Assembly (NCBI GenBank): GCA_965223905.1
Contig: CBDCXV010000002.1
Location: 256,001-320,000 of the forward strand
Reading direction: 5' to 3'
DNA: 64,000 nucleotides
DNA from: Candidatus Latescibacterota bacterium
GTDB lineage: Bacteria > Latescibacterota > UBA2968 > UBA8231
The position numbers were made by a program, and so were the translations under genes. Below, one piece after another: positions 48,120 through 59,499 of this stretch. Positions within the stretch are counted from its first letter, which is position 1. Every line of letters starts with the position of its first letter. The notes under the pieces were generated by a model that saw only the letters and a list, made by a program, of their open reading frames with translations, was not told where the DNA came from and ran no database searches.

Positions 48120-49475
48120 TCAGCTTACCAACATGAGACGCAGATCCATCACATTGGTGCCCGTGGGCCCGGTCATCAAAAGGTCGTTCAGTGGCCGGAA
48201 GAAGTGGTAGGAGTCGTTGTTGTCGAGGAAGCTGACCGGATCGAGTCCGTGTCCGCGGGCGCGGGGGACGGTGTCGCCGTCACAGACCGCGCCCGCGGCA
48301 TCGGTAGGCCCGTCGGTGCCGTCGGTGCCGCCGCTCAGGACCGTGATTACTTCGCTGCCCTCCAGCAACAGGGCCGCGGCAAGGGCGAACTCCTGGTTGC
48401 GCCCGCCCTTTCCCGTGCCGCTGACCGCAACCGTGGTTTCCCCGCCGCTGATGATGCAGGCGGGCGGGGCGACCGGCTGGCCGCTGGCGGCCGCCTCTTC
48501 GGCAATGGCGACGTGGACCCCTGCCACTTCCCGGGTTTCGCCTGCGATCCGTGAGGACAGCACGAGCGGTTCGTACCCAAGCTCGCGCGCCTTGCGCTCC
48601 GCCGCCCCGACAGCAAGGCTGTTGTTCCCGACTACCAGATTGAGGGCATTGCGGAAACAATCCTCCCCGGCCCCGGGAGTATCGGCCGTTTTCCCAAGAC
48701 GCCCCTCTTCGATGCAGTTGAGAACCGCCTCGGGAATCCTGGACTCGATTCCGTAGCGCGCGAAGATCGCGTCACAATCGGCAAAGGAGGTCGAGTCGGG
48801 GTAGGTCGGCCCCGATGCGATGGTGTCGAGCCGGTCCCCGATGACGTCGGAGACCATCAGGGCCAGGGTCGGGGCGGGGTGCGAGAGCCGGGCGAGGCGC
48901 CCCCCCTTGACGCGGGACAGGTGCTTGCGAACCGCGTTTATCTCGGCGATAGTCGCACCGCAGGCCAACAGCTCCCGGGTCGTCTGCTGCTTTTCGGCGA
49001 GGGAGATCTCCGGGACCGGAGCGGGCATCAGCGCCGAACCTCCCCCGGAGAAGAGACACAGCAGCAGCGTCGAATCGCCGCAGCGGCCGGCGAGCTCCAG
49101 CATCTTCAGGGTTCCGGCGACACCTGCCTCGTCCGGCAGCGGGTGCCCCGCTTCCGTCGTCTCGATGCGCTCGAGAGGCACCGCGTGTCCGTACTTGGTG
49201 TTGATCGCACCTGCGGTGATACGGTTCCCGAGGCGCTTTTCCACCGCGGCGGCCATCGCCGGGGTCGCCTTGCCCGCCCCGATCACCAGTATCTCGGTGA
49301 ATCGGTCCAGGTCGTAGGATCTGCCTGCGACGAGAAGGCGTCCGCAATCGACCTTCAACGCCTCGAGCACGCATCGGTGCGGGTCGGCCGCGGCTACGGC
49401 CGCGGCGAAGATATCGGAGGCATCGGCTCGCCGCTGCTCGGGTCCGGGACGGCCGGATGCCCCGGTAGGCGGCAT
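48120..49475 (-). CDS. Glycerate 2-kinase (MOFRL/TtuD family)
   Basis: GAGKA, EAGHPLPD, SGGGSAL, RKHLSRVKGG, SDVIGD, GGETTV, GGRNQE, GTDGTDG, TGTNVMD. Confidence 0.92.
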   Translation of the reverse strand: MPPTGASGRPGPEQRRADASDIFAAAVAAADPHRCVLEALKVDCGRLLVAGRSYDLDRFTEILVIGAGKATPAMAAAVEKRLGNRITAGAINTKYGHAVPLERIETTEAGHPLPDEAGVAGTLKMLELAGRCGDSTLLLCLFSGGGSALMPAPVPEISLAEKQQTTRELLACGATIAEINAVRKHLSRVKGGRLARLSHPAPTLALMVSDVIGDRLDTIASGPTYPDSTSFADCDAIFARYGIESRIPEAVLNCIEEGRLGKTADTPGAGEDCFRNALNLVVGNNSLAVGAAERKARELGYEPLVLSSRIAGETREVAGVHVAIAEEAAASGQPVAPPACIISGGETTVAVSGTGKGGRNQEFALAAALLLEGSEVITVLSGGTDGTDGPTDAAGAVCDGDTVPRARGHGLDPVSFLDNNDSYHFFRPLNDLLMTGPTGTNVMDLRLMLVS

Positions 49476-49563
49476 CAGGGAAGCGGCCCTCGGCAGAGCG
49501 GATTCCGGGGGCGGTTCATACGGGTTGCGGCTGTCCGTGAAGCCGGATGGAGGCCTTCTCCCT

Positions 49564-49596
49564 CAATGCGGATTTCTCCAATGCGGATTTCTCCAA
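49564..49596. repeat. 15-bp tandem duplication CAATGCGGATTTCTC x2
   Basis: Directly visible between lexA and the glycerate kinase gene. Confidence 0.8.
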
Positions 49597-49616
49597 GGAA
49601 CCGGCGGAAGGTGGGT

Positions 49617-50246
49617 TCAGTACTGCCGCATCAGGCCGACGACCTTGCCGGCGATGCGGAACTCGCCGCTCTCTCCGGTGACGACGATCGGGGGGAAGTT
49701 GTCGTTCTCGGGAAGAAGCCGTACCCCCGAGTGGTCGCGCTGGAAGCGTTTGACCGTGGCCTCGTCGTCGATCAGGGCGACGACGATCTCTCCCCGTTCA
49801 GCGGTTTCCTGGTGCCTTGCAACGACGATGTCGCCGTCGAGAATACCGGCATCGCGCATGCTCTCCCCGTGCACGCGCAGGGCGAACAATTCTCCGGAAG
49901 CCGGGGCGATCGCCCTGTCGACCTGCAGCGTTGTTTCCACGTTCTCCTCCGCCAGTATCGGGGTGCCCGCGGCGACGTGGCCGAGCAGCGGGATCTCGAG
50001 GGTGTTCCCCGCCCGCGGTAAGCGTTCTGCGAAATCGACCAGCTCGATCCCGCGCGACAGGCGCGGATGCCGGCGTATGTATCCCTTCTTTTCCAGCGCC
50101 GCCAGGGTGGTGCGGACGCCGTTCGTGGAGGATATGCCGAACTCCACCATGATTTCCCGTATGGTCGGGGGCGCTCCGCGGCTGCGGATGATCCCCGCGA
50201 TGAAATCGAAGATGGTCTGCTGTCTGGACGTCAGGCTTTTGCGCAT
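49617..50246 (-). CDS. lexA: SOS repressor LexA
   Basis: LT.RQ...PPTIREI winged HTH, VAAG cleavage site, GESM (Ser) and ATVKR (Lys). Confidence 0.95.
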   Translation of the reverse strand: MRKSLTSRQQTIFDFIAGIIRSRGAPPTIREIMVEFGISSTNGVRTTLAALEKKGYIRRHPRLSRGIELVDFAERLPRAGNTLEIPLLGHVAAGTPILAEENVETTLQVDRAIAPASGELFALRVHGESMRDAGILDGDIVVARHQETAERGEIVVALIDDEATVKRFQRDHSGVRLLPENDNFPPIVVTGESGEFRIAGKVVGLMRQY

Positions 50247-50329
50247 GCCGAAAGCTCCCGGTTCGCTCCGTGGAATGCCGCACGCTCTGTTCCGACACCG
50301 AATGTGGGGAAAAACGGACGGTGCCCCTA

Positions 50330-50358
50330 TTTATACTGAACATTCGTTCATTTGTCAA
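50330..50358 (-). promoter_or_regulatory. lexA promoter with a LexA operator in the spacer
   Basis: Minus strand reads TTGACA-N17-TATAAA; the spacer holds the palindrome TGAAC-ATTC-GTTCA (50337-50350). Confidence 0.8.
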
Positions 50359-50475
50359 CGGCCTCGTCTGCAGGGAAACAACGGATGCCCTTGTGGGTTT
50401 CCTGCGCGTGCCTGGGTTGGAATGAACACCCTCGGCAAGACCCCCAGCGCGGTCGTTGGAACCGGTGGGATGCGA

Positions 50476-50504
50476 TTGACAAAGTGCACCCCGGTGGATA
50501 ACCT
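50476..50504 (+). promoter_or_regulatory. Putative sigma70 promoter for the FN3 lipoprotein operon
   Basis: TTGACA-N17-TAACCT. Confidence 0.55.
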
Positions 50505-50524
50505 AACCAAGCGTCGCAAAAACA

Positions 50525-51088
50525 GTGGGTAAAGGTATTCCAACCACAGCCGCTTCGAACATTTCCGGTTCGATTCCCTCCCTGCGCCAGACCGGAGTTT
50601 TCGCAATCTCCGCAAAATCGTCTGCACACGTCACCATTATTCTGCTCGTCGCGGTCGCCATCCAGGCGGAGGCGGGGATCGGGGATTTCGTCAGCGCGCG
50701 GCGAACCCTCGGGCTGGCGTTCCTTGGAGCCGGCACTGCTCTTGCGGTCAAGGGCTTCGACTACCGCGAGGAGGCGGATGCGTTCTACGCCGACTACCAG
50801 CGCGCCGTCGATCCGATCGAGATCAACAGATTGTATCAGCGGACCACCAACCGCGACATCAAGGCGCAGGTCAGCTGGGCCCTGGCGGCTGCCTGCGGAG
50901 TCGGCGGGCTGCGCCTCTTGGCCACGGGAGACGGCGACCGGGTTGAACGGCCAGGCGAGTCGGAGGCTTCGCCTGAAGTCGACCCGTCCCGAAACCCGGA
51001 TACCCCAAAACCTCGGTTGCTGTTGAAGCCCCGGCTCGATCCCTCCAGGCGGCATTTCGGTCTCGAGATTTCCGGGCTGTTTTTCTGA
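50525..51088 (+). CDS. Hypothetical membrane/exported protein (start uncertain)
   Basis: Hydrophobic segments (TLGLAFLGAGTALAV, VSWALAAACGVGGL); codon use is coding-like; sits between the promoter and the FN3 gene. Confidence 0.55.
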   Translation: MGKGIPTTAASNISGSIPSLRQTGVFAISAKSSAHVTIILLVAVAIQAEAGIGDFVSARRTLGLAFLGAGTALAVKGFDYREEADAFYADYQRAVDPIEINRLYQRTTNRDIKAQVSWALAAACGVGGLRLLATGDGDRVERPGESEASPEVDPSRNPDTPKPRLLLKPRLDPSRRHFGLEISGLFF

Positions 51089-51160
51089 TACCTCCGTATC
51101 TCCGGCTTCCTGCTCCTTGGTCATCCTCCTGTCATTGACCGCATCCCTTTCGAGAAACAG

Positions 51161-54100
51161 ATGATCGCGCGCAGAACCTGTCTCGCCGCCGCCGTCGCCG
51201 TCGCCCTCACCGGGACGAGCTGCGACAGGGAACGCAGCAATCCGCTCGATCCCCAGGGGGATTTCGTGCGCAAGCGTCCCTCTACCCCGGGGGGATTTGG
51301 CTGCGGAGCCGGGAGTAGGCGTGGTGCGGCTGAGCTGGCAGGCGGTCGAGGATCTCGACCTGGCGGGGTATGCCCTGTTGCGGTCGGAGGACGCGGCCGC
51401 GGAATTCACCTTTCTCCCCGGCCGGGGCCCCGGCGGCGCCACCATTACAACCGGGAAGACCTCCTACGTCGACTCGCTGCACTCCTTCCCGGGGAGGACC
51501 TTTTTCTATCGCGTCGCCGCGGTCGACACCTCCAGGCTGCAGAGCGAGCCGTCCGGTTTTGTGGGGGCCACGGTTCTCGAGGACAAGGTCGCACCCGAGC
51601 CGCCCCGGAGCCTGGCGGCGATTCCGGACGAGAGCGAGCCGCGCGTCACCCTCGTATGGACACCTCCGGTGCGCGACGCCGGCGGCGGCGAGCTTTCCGG
51701 GTTGGCCGGGTACGCGATCCTGCGGAGGGAACCGGGGTCGGGCGGAACCGTGCCTGTCGACACCGTCGCCGCGGAGACCCGGCAGTACGTCGACGACGGC
51801 CTGAAAGCGCTGACGTCGTACAGCTATTCGATAGTGGCCTTCGACGGGGCGGGAAATACGAGCAGCCTTTCGCAGGTCGTGCAGGTCACCACCCCGGGGA
51901 TGCCGGTCCCCGCCAATCTCGCCGCGGAATCCCGTGCGGGCCGCATCGAGGTGAGCTGGGCGGCGGTATCCGACGAGGAGCTTCTGGGGTATGACCTGTA
52001 TCGGTCGGAGCGTCCCGACGAGTTGTTCGAGCGGCTGCCGGGGACGGAGGGGACGCCTTTTACGACGGGTCGCACGAGCTACGTGGATACGAGCGTGGTG
52101 GCGGGCCGTCCGTATTACTACAAGGTGCAGTCGGTGGGCCGTACACACCGTTCGGAGTTGTCGGTCTTCGTGGACGGGGAGGCGCTGGCGGACGAGGTGC
52201 CTCCGGAGTCACCGCGCAATCTGTCGGCGGTGGCGGACGGATCGGAGTTTGGCCGGGTGTCGGTGACTTGGAACGTGCCGCTGGTGGATGACGACGGGGG
52301 TGAGCTGACCGGTCTGTCGGGGTATCGGGTGTTCCGGTCGCAGGGAACGACGGACTCGTTCGTGCAGGTGGCGGCGGTGTCCGAGGCCCGGTATGAGGAC
52401 AGCGGGTTGGAGGAGTCGACGACGTATTTCTACACGGTGTCGGCGGTGGACGGGTCGGGGAACGAGTCGGGGCGTGCGGCGGCGGTGCGGGTGAAGACGC
52501 AGGGGGAGGACCGGGTATCTCCGGCAGTTCCCCGGAACGTGTCGGCGGTATCGGAGGCGGGTTTTTCGGACCGGATCGCGGTGCGCTGGAGCGCGCCGAC
52601 GACGGACGCGGACGGGGGGGATCTGACGGGGTTGTCGGGATTCACGGTGTATCGCTCGGAGGGGGTATCGGGTTCGCTGGTGGCGGTGTCGACGGTGGGA
52701 TCGGAGGCTCGGGAGTATGTGGACGCAGGGTTGCGTGCGCTGACGGAGTATGGGTATGCGGTGTCTGCGTTCGACGGGTCGGGTAACGAGTCGGGTCAGT
52801 CTGCGGTGTCGCGAGCTCGCACGGAGGGGATCGCGGTACCGTCGGGGGTCCGGGCAGCAGACGGGATCGGCCGCATCGAGGTGAACTGGGCGGCGGTATC
52901 CGACGAGGAGCTTCTGGGGTATGACCTGTATCGGTCGGAGCGTCCCGACGAGTTGTTCGAGCGGCTGCCGGGGACGGAGGGGACGCCTTTTACGACGGGT
53001 CGCACGAGCTACGTGGATACGAGCGTGGTGGCGGGCCGTCCGTATTACTACAAGGTGCAGTCGGTGGGCCGAACGCACCGTTCGGAGCTGTCCTCCCAGG
53101 TGGGTGCGGAGGCTTTGGCCGACGAGGTATCTCCGGGAGTACCTCGGAACGTGTCGGCGGTATCGGAGGCGGGTTTTTCGGACCGGATCACGGTGCGCTG
53201 GAGCGCGCCGACGACGGACGCGGACGGGGGGGATCTGACGGGGTTGTCGGGATTCACGGTGTATCGCTCGGAGGGGGTATCGGGCTCGCTGGTGGCGGTG
53301 TCGACGGTGGGATCGGAGGCTCGGGAGTATGTGGATGAAGGGTTGCGTGCGCTGACGGAGTATGGGTATGCGGTGTCTGCGTTCGACGGGTCGGGTAACG
53401 AGTCGGGTCAGTCTGCGGTGTCGCGAGCTCGCACGGAGGGGATCGCGGTACCGTCGGGGGTCCGGGCAGCAGACGGGATCGGCCGCATCGAGGTGAACTG
53501 GGCGGCGGTATCCGACGAGGAGCTTCTGGGGTATGACCTGTATCGGTCGGAGCGTCCCGACGAGTTGTTCGAGCGGCTGCCGGGGACGGAGGGGACGCCT
53601 TTTACGACGGGTCGCACGAGCTACGTGGATACGAGCGTGGTGGCGGGCCGTCCGTATTACTACAAGGTGCAGTCGGTGGGCCGTACACACCGTTCGGAGT
53701 TGTCGGTCTTCGTGGACGGGGAGGCGCTGGCGGACGAGGTGCCTCCGGAGTCACCGCGCAATCTGTCGGCGGTGGCGGACGGATCGGAGTTTGGCCGGGT
53801 GTCGGTGACTTGGAACGTGCCGCTGGTGGATGACGACGGGGGTGAGCTGACCGGTCTGTCGGGGTATCGGGTGTTCCGGTCGCAGGGAACGACGGACTCG
53901 TTCGTGCAGGTGGCGGCGGTGTCCGAGGCCCGGTATGAGGACAGCGGGTTGGAGGAGTCGACGACGTATTTCTACACGGTGTCGGCGGTGGACGGGTCGG
54001 GGAACGAGTCGGGGCGTGCGGCGGCGGTGCGGGTGAAGACGCAGGGGGAGGACCGGGTATCTCCGGCAGTTCCCCGGAACGTGTCGGCGGTATCGGAGGC

Positions 54101-57100
54101 GGGTTTTTCGGACCGGATCGCGGTGCGCTGGAGCGCACCGACGACGGACGCGGACGGGGGGGATCTGACGGGGTTGTCGGGATTCACGGTGTATCGTTCG
54201 GAGGGGGTATCGGGCTCGCTGGTGGCGGTGTCGACGGTGGGATCGGAGGCGCGGGAGTATGTGGATGAAGGGTTGCGTGCGTTGACGGAGTATGGGTATG
54301 CGGTGTCTGCGTTCGACGGGTCGGGTAACGAGTCGGGTCAGTCTGCGGTGTCGCGAGCTCGCACGGAGGGGATCGCGGTACCGTCGGGGGTCCGGGCAGC
54401 AGACGGGATCGGCCGCATCGAGGTGAGCTGGGAGGCGGTGTCGGACGAGGAGCTTCTGGGATATGACGTGTATCGCTCGGAGCGTCCCGACGAGTTGTTC
54501 GAGCGGCTGCCGGGGACGGAGGGGACGCCTTTTACGACGGGTCGCACGAGCTACGTGGATACGAGCGTGGTGGCGGGCCGTCCGTATTACTACAAGGTGC
54601 AGTCGGTGGGCCGAACGCACCGTTCGGAGCTGTCCTCCCAGGTGGGTGCGGAGGCTTTGGCCGACGAGGTATCTCCGGCAGTACCGCGGAACGTGTCGGC
54701 AGTATCGGAGGCGGGTTTTTCGGACCGGATCGCGGTGCGCTGGAGCGCGCCGACGACGGACGCGGACGGGGGGGATCTGACGGGGTTGTCGGGATTCACG
54801 GTGTATCGCTCGGAGGAGGTATCGGGTTCGCTGGTGGCGGTGTCGACGGTGGGATCGGAGGCTCGGGAGTATGTGGATGAAGGGTTGCGGGCGCTGACGG
54901 AGTATGGGTATGCGGTGTCTGCGTTCGACGGGTCCGGTAATGAGTCGGGTCAGTCTGCGGTGTCGCGAGCTCGCACGGAGGGGATCGCGGTACCGTCGGG
55001 GGTTCGCGCCCGGGACGGTATCGGCCGCATCGAGGTGAGTTGGGAGGCGGTATCCGACGAGAAGTTGATCGGCTACAACGTCTACCGTTCGTCGCGTCCC
55101 GACCTGGAGTTCGAGCTTCTGGGTTCGGTGACGGGGGCGTCGTTCACGACGGCTCGTACGAGCTACGTCGATTCGAATCTGGTCTCCGGGGCGCGCTATT
55201 ACTACAAGGTGTCGTCGGTGTCGTCGGCATTCGAAAGCGAGCTGTCCGGATATGTGAGCGGGGAGTCACAGCCGGACGTCTCGGCTCCTGAGCCTCCGGG
55301 AGGGGTGGTTGCGACGGCTTTGGAGGAGGGGGTTCAGGTCCGTCTGAGCTGGCGGGCCTCGCAGCATGACGCGGACGGGGGTGAGCTGACCGGTCTGCAA
55401 GGGTATGTGATTTTCCGCTCGTCGGAGGGCTCTTCGGAGCTGGTGGCGGTGGACACGGTGTCGGCGGGGACGACGGAGTATGTCGACGCGGGTCTGGAAG
55501 CGGCGGTGGTCTACTCCTACGCGCTGATGGCGGTGGACGCATCGGGCAACGCGAGTGGGTTGACGTCGCCGGTATCGACGAGGACGCCGGGTCTGTCGCC
55601 GCCATCGGGTTTGTCGGCGGTGTCGGGCATCGGCCGCATCACGGTTACCTGGGCGGGGAGCGCGGAATCGGACCTGATCGGGTTCAACGTGTATCGCTCG
55701 GAGCGTCCCGACGAGTTGTTCGAGCGGCTGCCGGGGACGGAGGGGACGCCTTTTACGACGGGTCGCACGAGCTACGTGGATACGAGCGTGGTGGCGGGCC
55801 GTCCGTATTACTACAAGGTGCAGTCGGTGGGCCGTACGCACCGTTCGGAGTTGTCGGTCTTCGTGGACGGGGAGGCGCTGGCGGACGAGGTGCCTCCGGA
55901 GTCACCGCGCAATCTGTCGGCGGTGGCGGACGGATCGGAGTTTGGCCGGGTGTCGGTGACTTGGAACGTGCCGCTGGTGGATGACGACGGGGGTGAGCTG
56001 ACCGGTCTGTCGGGGTATCGGGTGTTCCGGTCGCAGGGAACGACGGACTCGTTCGTGCAGGTGGCGGCGGTGTCCGAGGCCCGGTATGAGGACAGCGGGT
56101 TGGAGGAGTCGACGACGTATTTCTACACGGTGTCGGCGGTGGACGGGTCGGGGAACGAGTCGGGGCGTGCGGCGGCGGTGCGGGTGAAGACGCAGGGGGA
56201 GGACCGGGTGTCTCCGGCAGTTCCCCGGAACGTGTCGGCGGTATCGGAGGCGGGTTTTTCGGACCGGATCGCGGTGCGCTGGAGCGCACCGACGACGGAC
56301 GCGGACGGGGGGGATCTGACGGGGTTGTCGGGATTCACGGTGTATCGTTCGGAGGGGGTATCGGGCTCGCTGGTGGCGGTGTCGACGGTGGGATCGGAGG
56401 CGCGTGAGTATGTGGACGCAGGGTTGCGTGCGCTGACGGAGTATGGGTATGCGGTGTCTGCGTTCGACGGGTCGGGTAACGAGTCGGGTCAGTCTGCGGT
56501 GTCGCGAGCTCGCACGGAGGGGATCGCGGTACCGTCGGGGGTCCGGGCAGCAGACGGGATCGGCCGCATCGAGGTGAGCTGGGCGGCGGTATCCGACGAG
56601 GAGCTTCTGGGATATGACCTGTATCGCTCGGAGCGTCCCGACGAGTTGTTCGAGCGGCTGCCGGGGACGGAGGGGACGCCTTTTACGACGGGTCGCACGA
56701 GCTACGTGGATACGAGCGTGGTGGCGGGCCGTCCGTATTACTACAAGGTGCAGTCGGTGGGCCGTACGCACCGTTCGGAGCTGTCCTCCCAGGTGGGTGC
56801 GGAGGCTTTGGCCGACGAGGTATCTCCGGCAGTTCCTCGGAACGTGTCGGCGGTATCGGAGGCGGGTTTTTCGGACCGGATCGCGGTGCGCTGGAGCGCA
56901 CCGACGACGGACGCGGACGGGGGGGATCTGACGGGGTTGTCGGGATTCACGGTGTATCGTTCGGAGGGGGTATCGGGCTCGCTGGTGGCGGTGTCGACGG
57001 TGGGATCGGAGGCGCGTGAGTATGTGGACGCAGGGTTGCGTGCGTTGACGGAGTATGGGTATGCGGTGTCTGCGTTCGACGGGTCGGGTAACGAGTCGGG

Positions 57101-59285
57101 TCAGTCTGCGGTGTCGCGAGCTCGCACGGAGGGGATCGCGGTACCGTCGGGGGTCCGGGCAGCAGACGGGATCGGCCGCATCGAGGTGAGCTGGGAGGCG
57201 GTGTCGGACGAGGAGCTTCTGGGATATGACGTGTATCGCTCGGAGCGTCCCGACGAGTTGTTCGAGCGGCTGCCGGGGACGGAGGGGACGCCTTTTACGA
57301 CGGGTCGCACGAGCTACGTGGATACGAGCGTGGTGGCGGGCCGTCCGTATTACTACAAGGTGCAGTCGGTGGGCCGAACGCACCGTTCGGAGCTGTCCTC
57401 CCAGGTGGGTGCGGAGGCTTTGGCCGACGAGGTATCTCCGGCAGTACCGCGGAACGTGTCGGCGGTATCGGAGGCGGGTTTTTCGGACCGGATCGCGGTG
57501 CGCTGGAGCGCGCCGACGACGGACGCGGACGGGGGGGATCTGACGGGGTTGTCGGGATTCACGGTGTATCGCTCGGAGGAGGTATCGGGTTCGCTGGTGG
57601 CGGTGTCGACGGTGGGATCGGAGGCTCGGGAGTATGTGGATGAAGGGTTGCGGGCGCTGACGGAGTATGGGTATGCGGTGTCTGCGTTCGACGGGTCCGG
57701 TAATGAGTCGGGTCAGTCTGCGGTGTCGCGAGCTCGCACGGAGGGGATCGCGGTACCGTCGGGGGTTCGCGCCCGGGACGGTATCGGCCGCATCGAGGTG
57801 AGTTGGGAGGCGGTATCCGACGAGAAGTTGATCGGCTACAACGTCTACCGTTCGTCGCGTCCCGACCTGGAGTTCGAGCTTCTGGGTTCGGTGACGGGGG
57901 CGTCGTTCACGACGGCTCGTACGAGCTACGTCGATTCGAATCTGGTCTCCGGGGCGCGCTATTACTACAAGGTGTCGTCGGTGTCGTCGGCATTCGAAAG
58001 CGAGCTGTCCGGATATGTGAGCGGGGAGTCACAGCCGGACGTCTCGGCTCCTGAGCCTCCGGGAGGGGTGGTTGCGACGGCTTTGGAGGAGGGGGTTCAG
58101 GTCCGTCTGAGCTGGCGGGCCTCGCAGCATGACGCGGACGGGGGTGAGCTGACCGGTCTGCAAGGGTATGTGATTTTCCGCTCGTCGGAGGGCTCTTCGG
58201 AGCTGGTGGCGGTGGACACGGTGTCGGCGGGGACGACGGAGTATGTCGACGCGGGTCTGGAAGCGGCGGTGGTCTACTCCTACGCGCTGATGGCGGTGGA
58301 CGCATCGGGCAACGCGAGTGGGTTGACGTCGCCGGTATCGACGAGGACGCCGGGTCTGTCGCCGCCATCGGGTTTGTCGGCGGTGTCGGGCATCGGCCGC
58401 ATCACGGTTACCTGGGCGGGGAGCGCGGAATCGGACCTGATCGGGTTCAACGTGTATCGCTCGGAGCGTCCCGACGAGTTGTTCGAGCGGCTGCCGGGGA
58501 CGGAGGGGACGCCTTTTACGACCGGCCAGACCACTTATGTCGATACCGGGTTTGTCGGCGGAGAGGTTTTCTTCTATCGCGTAAGTGTCGTCACCTCCCA
58601 GGGAGAGAGCGGCCTGTCGGAGTTCGACGGAGCCACGGTGGAAACCGACTCGCGCCCCCCGGCGGCCCCGACCTTCCTGTCCGGAGAGGCGGTCGTGGGA
58701 GATCCCGAGGTCATCCTGCTGGAATGGCGGGCGCCCTCCAGCGACTTCAGCGGCGCCGAGCTAACCGGTCTCTCGGGATACCTGGTGTTCCGCGCGGACA
58801 GCCCCTCCGGGCCGTTCAGGGAAATAGGAAGCTCGGAAACCGCGGAATACCGGGACAGCGGACTCGAGCAGAGGACGACCTACTACTACCAGATCCAGGC
58901 GCTCGACCCGGCCAGCAACGCAAGCGCGCCATCGGAGACCGAGTCCGCGACGACCTCGGGGGTGGACATTCCGAAGAACGTCTCGCTCTCCTCGACAACG
59001 CCGTCCGACCTGACGAAGAATCCGGTTGTCACGATCAGGTGGGAGGCGTCGGCAGGGGTCGTTCTGCGATACGAGGTGGAGAGAACGACGGTGCCGAACA
59101 GCACCGACGACCCCGATTACACCGCAATTCCGCCGGCCAGCGGCATCAAGAACGACATCAGGACCAGTCGCGAGGACGATACGGTGGAAAGGGGAGTGAC
59201 CTACTACTACCGGGTGCGGGCGGTCGACGCGGAGTCGCGGGAAAGCGATTGGACGATGCCGCTTGCCGTCAAGGTGTCGGAGTGA
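51161..59285 (+). CDS. Giant fibronectin type III repeat lipoprotein (~26 FN3 domains); +1 frameshift at 51289-51297 between lipoprotein signal and body
   Basis: ATG 51161 gives MIARRTCLAAAVAVALTGTS-C-DRERSNPLDP. The 2662-aa body (51297-59285) is made of ~102-aa units with the W...GY.VYRS...YVD...Y.Y.V.A.D..GNES pattern. Confidence 0.85.
51937..58520 (+). repeat. Near-identical intragenic DNA repeats encoding FN3 modules
   Basis: Near-identical sequence recurs at offsets of 612, 930, 1542 and 2763 bp (e.g. 52921/53533, 51991/52921, 51991/53533, 55040/57803). Confidence 0.95.
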
Positions 59286-59499
59286 GTTAAGCCTGCGACA
59301 GCCCCGTGGCGATTCTGGAACAGAGGGAAAGGGTCGGGCCCGGCTGCGGGCGTCGCCGCTACTGAGGAGGGGCCCCGGGGATGCCGTCGAAATTTAAACC
59401 CGCCGCCTGGACGGCAGCCGTTCTCCGTCGAGAACGGGGGATTGTACCCGCCTCAAGGTTTCGCCGCCGCAGTGCCCGATTGATCCCGATTGATCAGGA

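Noticed and set aside
52209-57383. Long Arg/His-rich minus-strand ORFs (493, 289, 493 aa)
   Set aside because: Antisense shadows of the G/T-skewed FN3 repeats; low-complexity products.
51937-58520. Long repeats as a CRISPR array or a diversity-generating retroelement TR/VR pair
   Set aside because: Units are 300-2800 bp, in frame and protein-coding, with no unique spacers. No cas or reverse transcriptase gene is present, and the differences between copies are not adenine-specific.
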